From: Terriglobia bacterium | GTDB taxonomy: Bacteria; Acidobacteriota; Terriglobia; 2-12-FULL-54-10 | Assembly (NCBI GenBank): GCA_963666975.2 | Contig: CAXVYR010000004.1 | Coordinates: 1,280,001 to 1,344,000, forward strand | Direction of reading: 5' to 3' | DNA length: 64,000 nt | Part shown: piece after piece, positions 57,504 through 64,000 of the stretch | How the letters are laid out: each line of letters begins with the position of its first letter | How positions within the stretch are numbered: position 1 is the stretch's first letter | Program-made: the position numbers and the translations under genes | Notes under the pieces: generated by a model | Database searches by the model: none | Told to the model about the DNA's origin: nothing | Seen by the model: only the letters and a program-made list of their open reading frames with translations

Positions 57504-59033
57504 TTAGCGTCCGTAGCGTCGGTTCAAATAACTTCCCAATTCGGCGTCCATGTCCTTGTAGTCCGTCCGCAAGGCGCTTCGGATCGCTGCTGTGATTGAG
57601 CTGCCCTGTCCCAGGAGCTTTAACAGATACGGCAACTGATAAGCTCCGTATTGGTCGCGGATCATGGCCACGGCGGCCAGGGACTCGGCGTAAGCAAGTC
57701 CAGCACGGGAAGAATCAAGCTCCATAAACGACCCTTCCAGTTCCGCCAAGGGAACATGCCGGGACTCGCTATAAATTTTGGCCAGCGCCGGCCCGGTGCG
57801 GGAAAGACGATCCCCGCTTTCCATCTGGGCGAGTCCCTCGTGGAGCCATGTGGGACAGCGGCCCTGTGCCTGGCGATAGACGAAAGAATGAACCATTTCA
57901 TGCTTCAGCACGCCGGCGAGTTCTCCGGTGACGCTGCTCAGCCCCGCCACAGGCACACGAATCTTGCCGTCGTTGAGGGCGCTCACCCAGCCGGGGACTT
58001 GGGTGATATCCATGAACTGCCGCGCAGTATAGAGAATCACCATAATAGGTTCGCGGGGAGAATAATCCAGCGCAAATTCCAGCTCTCGGTACTGCTGTTC
58101 CAGGGTCGCCAGAATCTCCCGGCTGAAGAGGTCTGAAACCTCCGAGCCTTCCCAATTCAATATGAACTGGCCGCTTCGCGCGTTGGCGAACCCGCCCTCC
58201 ACTTGATCTTCTCGTTCAGCTTGCTGGATGAGTTCCTGCAGCTTCTGGGCAAGCTTCTCATCGGGGCGCAGTGCCTGGGCTTGTTTCCAGTAGCGGGAGG
58301 CTTTCTCGGGGCCTTCGGAATAGTAATAGGCATGACCCAGCAGGGTCAGCGCGTCGGGGGACTTGGGCTCGATGCGCTCAGCGAGCAGCAGGTGATCGAT
58401 CGCCTTGCCGTATTGCTGGCGGATGATGTCGATTTGAGCGGCCAAGAGCAAGGCGTTGAAGTCGCGTCTGGATAACCGCAGCGCCTGTTCCGCCCAATGG
58501 CTGGCTTGGTTGAACCGCTGCTTCCGGGCTTCAAAGGAAGCGGCCACCAGGTGTGCATTCACGGCGTTTTGCCTTTCCATCTCACCGGTGTTGGCCGTTC
58601 TGGCCAGGGTTTGCAAATACTGCTCGTCCACTGCGCCGTCTCGAACGATGGACCCGATGTCCATGTCGGGCAGACGGATCTCGGTGGGGAGATTCTTTCC
58701 TGGATCGAGATCGCCCGTTCGCCGGCGCGACGCAGAAGAAGACCTACGCAGCGCAGAGCCTCCCTTCTCGATCCGGTCGACTAATGACTTCGGTATGGTT
58801 ACATCGCCGCCGAAGCGTTCATAGATCACCTTGTCTCCCGCTTCCGTGACGGAGTCGGCGACGATACGGCGGCCGTTTTTTAAGATGATGACGTCAGCCG
58901 GAGCACTGACAACTGCAAGAAAAAAAGAGACGAGTAGGGTTGGTAATATAAGGTCGGCACGCATCCAAAGCATGGAGTGTCCTTCCGGCGCCTTTTTGTT
59001 CCTGCGGTGAGTATAAGCTTTACTTTCCATCAT
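57504..59033 (-). CDS. TPR-repeat protein with C-terminal zinc metallopeptidase (peptidase MA-like)
   Basis: ADVIILKNGR N-domain, TPR repeats, HEMVH and PTWLHEGLAQ; true start may be near 58964. Confidence 0.88.
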   Translation of the reverse strand: MMESKAYTHRRNKKAPEGHSMLWMRADLILPTLLVSFFLAVVSAPADVIILKNGRRIVADSVTEAGDKVIYERFGGDVTIPKSLVDRIEKGGSALRRSSSASRRRTGDLDPGKNLPTEIRLPDMDIGSIVRDGAVDEQYLQTLARTANTGEMERQNAVNAHLVAASFEARKQRFNQASHWAEQALRLSRRDFNALLLAAQIDIIRQQYGKAIDHLLLAERIEPKSPDALTLLGHAYYYSEGPEKASRYWKQAQALRPDEKLAQKLQELIQQAEREDQVEGGFANARSGQFILNWEGSEVSDLFSREILATLEQQYRELEFALDYSPREPIMVILYTARQFMDITQVPGWVSALNDGKIRVPVAGLSSVTGELAGVLKHEMVHSFVYRQAQGRCPTWLHEGLAQMESGDRLSRTGPALAKIYSESRHVPLAELEGSFMELDSSRAGLAYAESLAAVAMIRDQYGAYQLPYLLKLLGQGSSITAAIRSALRTDYKDMDAELGSYLNRRYGR

Positions 59034-59039
59034 TTCCCT

Positions 59040-59693
59040 TCATTTCCCGTCAACACTGGCCCACAGATACCAGGAGGCCACCGAGCGGTAGGGCTGCCAT
59101 CGCCGGCCCATCTGCTCCAGCCTTTCAGGGGACGGCAGCGCGCGCAATCTATATGCCTTTTGTACGGCCTTGCGGATGCCCAGGTCGCCCACAGGCAGCA
59201 CGTCCAGCCGACCCAAACAGAAGATCAGAAACATCTCCGCCGTCCAGCGGCCAATGCCCTTGACCTGGGTCAGATGGGCGATGATCTCCTCATCATCCAT
59301 GTCCATCGGCGAGAGGTTCCGCAGCTTGAGCGATCCGTCCAAAAGGCGCCGGGAGAGGTCCTTCAAATAGGAGATTTTTTGCGGAGAAAGCCCCGCCGAG
59401 CGAAGTTGCTTTTCGGGGGTGCGATCCAGCTTTTCGGGGGTGGGAAACCGGCGGGAGGAATAAAGAGCCCGGAAACGCGAGAAAATAACCGCCGCAGCTT
59501 TCCCGGCGAGCTGCTGATAAATGATGGCTTCCACCAAAGCGGCAAAATGGTTATTGCGACCCGCCCGCCCCAACCGGCAAGGGCCTATCTGACGGATGAG
59601 ACTGCCCAAGGCCGGATCGGCTTGGGAAAGCCGCCGGAGGGCGCTTTGTGAAAGATTCTCCGCATGGGATTGTTTTCGGTCCAGGAAAAGCAT
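59040..59693 (-). CDS. alkA: DNA-3-methyladenine glycosylase II (AlkA/HhH-GPD)
   Basis: AII.QQL...AA, VKGIGRWTAEMFL, PVGDLG, W.PYRS.A.WYLW. Confidence 0.9.
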   Translation of the reverse strand: MLFLDRKQSHAENLSQSALRRLSQADPALGSLIRQIGPCRLGRAGRNNHFAALVEAIIYQQLAGKAAAVIFSRFRALYSSRRFPTPEKLDRTPEKQLRSAGLSPQKISYLKDLSRRLLDGSLKLRNLSPMDMDDEEIIAHLTQVKGIGRWTAEMFLIFCLGRLDVLPVGDLGIRKAVQKAYRLRALPSPERLEQMGRRWQPYRSVASWYLWASVDGK

Positions 59694-59971
59694 AGTTCGG
59701 CCTCAATGTAGCATAGAACTATTGTGTGCTGGGCCGCACGGTTTCACCGAATCGATACATCGAGACTCGGGCAGGAGGCGGTAGATAATAGATATATGGA
59801 TAACTGTTTGAAATTGCTGCCGCATCGACATTGACCCGTGGCGAGCCCAGTACTATAGAGCAGACAACGCGCAGTACCAAAGTCCTATTGTGCCTGGGCC
59901 ATTCCCGCTGAGATAATCTGATGCGTTGGTCTAATGATCTATGGAGTAATCCGCAAGTCCGGAGGTAGAGG

Positions 59972-62900
59972 ATGAGAAAAGTATTCTTATTGCTGGCGAT
60001 TGCAGTTCCGATGGTTTTGCTTGGACCGCGAACTGCCGCTGCGCAAAGCTGCACCGGCAGCAGCGCGCCGCTTGGGGTTCGGTCGGAAGGCACCATTGAA
60101 TTCCTCGGCGAGACCAACTGGGTCTGCGACTCCGGGGTCACGGAGATTCCGGTCACCCTTACGGTTAAAATTTCCCCAGTCACGGCCAAAATCGCTCCGG
60201 CCTCTGCCAGCCCGGACCACATCAGCACGTTCCCGTTTCCGACAATTACCTCTACTGTTTCCTTTGCCGCAGCTGCCGCAGCTCCCACAGTATCCATATC
60301 CACAAGCGGGAGCGATAACACGGTCAGCTTCAGCTTCACGCCCGGCGCGGGCGCTCAGACCTTTACCGTTTCCGGCATCCGTGCGAATATCGCCGCTTCG
60401 GGGATCTCCGGCGGAGTATCAGTCACCTCTTTACTGACCGTCTCGCCCACAGGTCCTGGCCAGCTTACCTTTACCAATCCCTCTCAGACAGTGGCTTTTG
60501 CGCGGTTCGGGCTGACGAGTGTCAGCGGATTTGTTTCCCCTCCTAACATTTCCTCCTGCGCCCCGGCCATTCCAACCCCGGCAGGATCTCCCGCAACCGT
60601 CGCCGGCAATCCGGACGCGTCTCTGATTGCCGCCAACTCCCTCCGGGTAAACCTGGTGGAAAACTTTCCAACCGCGTGGCACGACGCAGCTTCTGAGGAC
60701 GGAGCAAGCGGTCCCGATGGAATTTCCGGCACCGGCGATGATGGAACCGGCGGAGCGCCCCTGTATGGAACTCGCTTCCTGGTTACCCTCACGAACATTC
60801 CCAGCGGTTTTACGCCCTATGCCCCGCAGGAATTCAATGCCACCGGCTTGCTCGATCCATCGACCGGATCATTTGCGCCGTCGACAAGCATTCTGGCGCT
60901 CACGCGGGTTACCGGCGCGGCCGCCGACGGCTCCGGCGGAGCGCCCCTCGGCACAACGGTTGCGAATTCTTTTGACCGCATAACCGTTACAGGCGGGACG
61001 GCAACCATCGTTTACGAGGTGACGGCGACGGATTCGCCCGCGAAGTTCAACAACATCTCTTTTTTCATCGCCCTCACGGGCGCGGCCACCACCGGCACGG
61101 GAACCATCAGCGGTTCGGCTGGGTTTGGGGCCGTGGGGCCTCCGGCGAATCCTCACCGCCCGCAGTTCATTGCCGCCGCAGCGAAGACGGCAGCCGAAGT
61201 GACGGCCTGCGCGGATATCGCCATCACCAAAACCGACAGTTCCGACCCGGTGGAGAGCGGCGGGGCGCTGACCTACACCCTCACCGTCGAAAACCTCACT
61301 AGTTTGGCTCTTGGTTTCGCCACCGACGATGTGACGGTAACCGATCCTTTGCCGGCGGGCGTTTCTTTCGTCTCTTGCACGGCGTCGACCGGAAGCTGCT
61401 CGGAGGCCGCAGGAATCGTGACGGCGCTGCTGGGCACTTTGGCGGCTCAAGCAAGCGAGGTAGTCACGATTGAGGTCACTGCCCCGGCGGTGGCGGCCTC
61501 GACATTGCTGACGAACACGGCCACGGTTACCACCTCCACGGAGGAAGGTCCTGCGGACAACAATCAGGCTAGTCAAACCACAACGGTCAATCCGGTCGGT
61601 GGCCCTCCGGGAGGAGGGATTACGGCGCTGGCCATTGACCCTGTCAACCCCGCCATCCTTTATGCCGGGACCGCCGGGGGCGGTTTCTTCAAGAGCACCA
61701 ACGGGGGCGTGAGTTGGTTCGCTGCCGACATCGGCCTGCCGACCGTGGGTGTGTTCTCCCTGGCTATCGACCCGGCCAACACTGCCACTCTGTATGCCGG
61801 ATTGAACGGCAATGTGGATAGTGTGTTCACCAGCACCGACGGGGGGATGAGCTGGAGCGCTGCCAGTTCCGGACTGACGGATACGATTGTTCTCTCGCTG
61901 GCCATCGATCCGGCCAGCCCCTCCACGCTCTATGCCGGGACGGCGACCGGCGCGTTCATCCCCGGCGATGGTGTCTTCCTGAGCACCGACGGGGGCGCAA
62001 CGTGGGCCATTGCTAACTCCGGCCTGCCGAGTGCGTTTGTTTTCTCGCTGGCTATCGATCCGGCCAGCGCCGGCACGGTTTATGCCGGCACATCCAGCGG
62101 TGTTTTCGTGACCACCGACGGGGGCGCGGGCTGGACTGGCATCAACACCGGCCTGACCGACACGATGGTTCGCTCTGTCGTCGTCGATCCGGCCAACCCC
62201 GGCACGCTCTATGCCGGGACGGACGGCGGCGGTGTCTTCCAAAGCGTGGATGGCGGAGCGAACTGGATCGCCGTCAACACCGGCCTGACGAACACTCAGG
62301 TTGTATCCTTGGCTATTGGCACGCTCTATGCGGGAACAGACGGCGGTGGTGTCTTCAAGAGCGAGGATGGCGGAGCAAGCTGGACTGAACTCAACTCGAC
62401 CCTTGCCGCTACGCTGGCTGAAATTGCTCATATGCCGTTGGCCGTCGATCCGGTCAACCTCGGCACGCTGTATGCGGGGACCGCTGATGGTGTTTTCAAG
62501 AGCACGGATGGGGGCGCTTCCTGGCAGCCCACCGGCACCAGCGAGGGCGGGGGCGCGCCGCCTGCCACAACCATCGCTATGGTGAGCGGAGATAACCAAA
62601 GCGGGGCTGTGGGCGAAGTTTTGGCCCATCCCTTTGTCGTGGTGGTCACCAATGCAGACGGCGTCCCGGTTGCAGGAGTAACCGTTACGTTTGCCGTCAC
62701 GGAGGGCGGCGGAACGCTTTCTCTCACCCAAGCCGATACCGACGATCAGGGCGTGGTTTCCAGCATTTTGACCTTGGGACCCAGCGCGGGAGCCAACACC
62801 GTCACAGCCACTTCCGGGACCTTGGCTGGCAGCCCTGTCACATTTAATGCCACGGGCGTTGCGGAACCGGGCGGAACCGGCGTTGTGATCGACGTCAAGC

Positions 62901-63325
62901 CAAGCGTCAATCCCCGCAGCAGAGGCGTCATCCCTGTGGCCATTCTCACCACGGATGATTTCGATGCATCTACCGTTGCTCCCGGCACAGAGCGATTTGG
63001 CCCCGACGAGGCGGTCATTGCGCACAGGTCAGGGCATTTCGAAGATGTTGATCTGGATGGCGACACGGACTTGATGCTTCATTTCCGAACGCAGGAAACA
63101 GGAATCCAATGTGGCGACACAGAAGCAACCCTAACCGGTGAAACCTTCGACGGACAGTCCTTCCAGGCCTCCGACAGCATTGTGACCGTAGGCTGCCATG
63201 GAAGAGGGCATGGGCCGGATGGCGACGGGGAGCAGGGTTTGCACGCGGACGACGATGACGAAGACGATGACGACGGCAACGACGGGGGCCGAGGTCGGGG
63301 GAAGAAACCAAAGAAGGAAAAATAG
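59972..63325 (+). CDS. large secreted mosaic surface protein (N-domain, DUF11, 7-blade Asp-box propeller, Big_1 Ig, Ca-binding-like C-domain)
   Basis: Signal peptide; DIAITKT.S.DPV..G..LTYT (DUF11); seven SxDGGxxW-type repeats; SGDNQ..V.F.V..G.G Ig; DVDLDGDTD. Confidence 0.88.
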   Translation: MRKVFLLLAIAVPMVLLGPRTAAAQSCTGSSAPLGVRSEGTIEFLGETNWVCDSGVTEIPVTLTVKISPVTAKIAPASASPDHISTFPFPTITSTVSFAAAAAAPTVSISTSGSDNTVSFSFTPGAGAQTFTVSGIRANIAASGISGGVSVTSLLTVSPTGPGQLTFTNPSQTVAFARFGLTSVSGFVSPPNISSCAPAIPTPAGSPATVAGNPDASLIAANSLRVNLVENFPTAWHDAASEDGASGPDGISGTGDDGTGGAPLYGTRFLVTLTNIPSGFTPYAPQEFNATGLLDPSTGSFAPSTSILALTRVTGAAADGSGGAPLGTTVANSFDRITVTGGTATIVYEVTATDSPAKFNNISFFIALTGAATTGTGTISGSAGFGAVGPPANPHRPQFIAAAAKTAAEVTACADIAITKTDSSDPVESGGALTYTLTVENLTSLALGFATDDVTVTDPLPAGVSFVSCTASTGSCSEAAGIVTALLGTLAAQASEVVTIEVTAPAVAASTLLTNTATVTTSTEEGPADNNQASQTTTVNPVGGPPGGGITALAIDPVNPAILYAGTAGGGFFKSTNGGVSWFAADIGLPTVGVFSLAIDPANTATLYAGLNGNVDSVFTSTDGGMSWSAASSGLTDTIVLSLAIDPASPSTLYAGTATGAFIPGDGVFLSTDGGATWAIANSGLPSAFVFSLAIDPASAGTVYAGTSSGVFVTTDGGAGWTGINTGLTDTMVRSVVVDPANPGTLYAGTDGGGVFQSVDGGANWIAVNTGLTNTQVVSLAIGTLYAGTDGGGVFKSEDGGASWTELNSTLAATLAEIAHMPLAVDPVNLGTLYAGTADGVFKSTDGGASWQPTGTSEGGGAPPATTIAMVSGDNQSGAVGEVLAHPFVVVVTNADGVPVAGVTVTFAVTEGGGTLSLTQADTDDQGVVSSILTLGPSAGANTVTATSGTLAGSPVTFNATGVAEPGGTGVVIDVKPSVNPRSRGVIPVAILTTDDFDASTVAPGTERFGPDEAVIAHRSGHFEDVDLDGDTDLMLHFRTQETGIQCGDTEATLTGETFDGQSFQASDSIVTVGCHGRGHGPDGDGEQGLHADDDDEDDDDGNDGGRGRGKKPKKEK

Positions 63326-63486
63326 GTAATTGAAGCCACTTCGTTGTTAGTTGCCCGGCTGGTATGGATGCCAGCCCGGAAGGGCAGGCTCCGCTGCAGC
63401 AGCGAGGGAGTCTCGTCTTCGATCTCCTACGGAACCTTTCGCTGGCAACCGGACCTTCGATTGACATCCGAGCAGGGGTGGAACTT

Positions 63487-64000
63487 GTGCGAACTCTGAT
63501 TGCGCTACTTCTGGAGGGATGGTTGCTGGGAACGCTTCTGATGGGGGGCGTCGCCGCCGAAAACTTTTTCCGGATCGACCGCCTGCTCGATTCTCCATCC
63601 CATAGCTCTTTTCAAAACAACGTCGCCCGGCTGCCCGAGGGAGAAGCCCGCGCGATGCTGCGTTACCTGGCCTCGGAATTGAATCGATTTTATTTTTATG
63701 TTTGGGGATGGGTGCAGTTGATCTTGGGTGCGGTTTGTTTTGCCATCGCCGCTCTAAAACTGAAGCAGAAGAAACTCGTCATAGGCTTTTCTTCAATGCT
63801 GGCCGTGGTCGCCGTGATGGCGTTTTATATTACGCCTGAGATCATCGAGGTGGGCCGCAGCCTTGATTTTGTGCCCCGCGAGCCGTCTCCGCCCGGCATG
63901 GCCTCCTTTGGCAGGCTGCACGCCGCTTATTCCATTTTAGACCTTGGAAAATTTCTGGCTGGCATTTGGATGGCGGTTGCCTTGGTGCGCTTGCCGGCAG
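63487..64000 (+). CDS. DUF4149-like membrane protein, open at window end
   Basis: Hand translation MRTLIALLL.GWLLG..VA.ENF..D.LL..R.MLRYLASELNR.YF..W ... FG.LHA.Y..LD; no stop before 64000. Confidence 0.7.
   Translation, partial: MRTLIALLLEGWLLGTLLMGGVAAENFFRIDRLLDSPSHSSFQNNVARLPEGEARAMLRYLASELNRFYFYVWGWVQLILGAVCFAIAALKLKQKKLVIGFSSMLAVVAVMAFYITPEIIEVGRSLDFVPREPSPPGMASFGRLHAAYSILDLGKFLAGIWMAVALVRLPA

Noticed and set aside
61610-62530. DNA repeat array or diversity-generating target
   Set aside because: Repeats are degenerate at codon third positions and match propeller blades; no reverse transcriptase nearby.
43511-63025. Long antisense ORFs 43511-45232, 49535-51226 and 60869-63025 (also 27354-28751)
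   Set aside because: Each lies opposite a well-supported gene and reflects codon bias.

Overview
This looks like chromosomal DNA from a GC-rich Gram-negative bacterium, most likely an Acidobacterium (inferred from Oar-type TonB-dependent transporters, fabZ-lpxA-lpxI order and typical acidobacterial hypothetical proteins). It opens with rpoC and an orphan PaaA-like diiron protein. From about 5 to 35 kb lies a heavily eroded accessory region: outer-membrane channels, ferredoxins, IS3 relics, a broken amidohydrolase, a 5'-truncated alternative complex III operon (actB'-C-D-E-F), an interrupted aquaporin, iorAB-type molybdoenzyme genes, and three ghost Ser/Thr-kinase genes sharing one promoter. 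That region ends in an island at 29.8-35.1 kb marked by tRNA-Ser 3' scars. The island carries the best candidate for an undescribed system: HTH gene + 70-aa peptide + papain-fold Cys enzyme, converging on a remote YqcI/YcgG-like protein, plus toxin-antitoxin genes. From 35 to 64 kb is mostly core genome: argJ, M20 peptidase, fabZ-lpxA-lpxI-gnnA-tonB-miaA, a frameshifted B12 radical SAM gene, PAP2, a second TonB-dependent transporter, an APC permease, a TPM-nucleotidyltransferase-LemA cluster, alkA and a large mosaic surface protein. Intergenic DNA holds up to six MITE-like elements with different terminal inverted repeats that carry REP-type palindromes, some nested. No CRISPR array, rRNA or intact tRNA was seen. 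All family assignments come from motif recognition by eye, not database searches.
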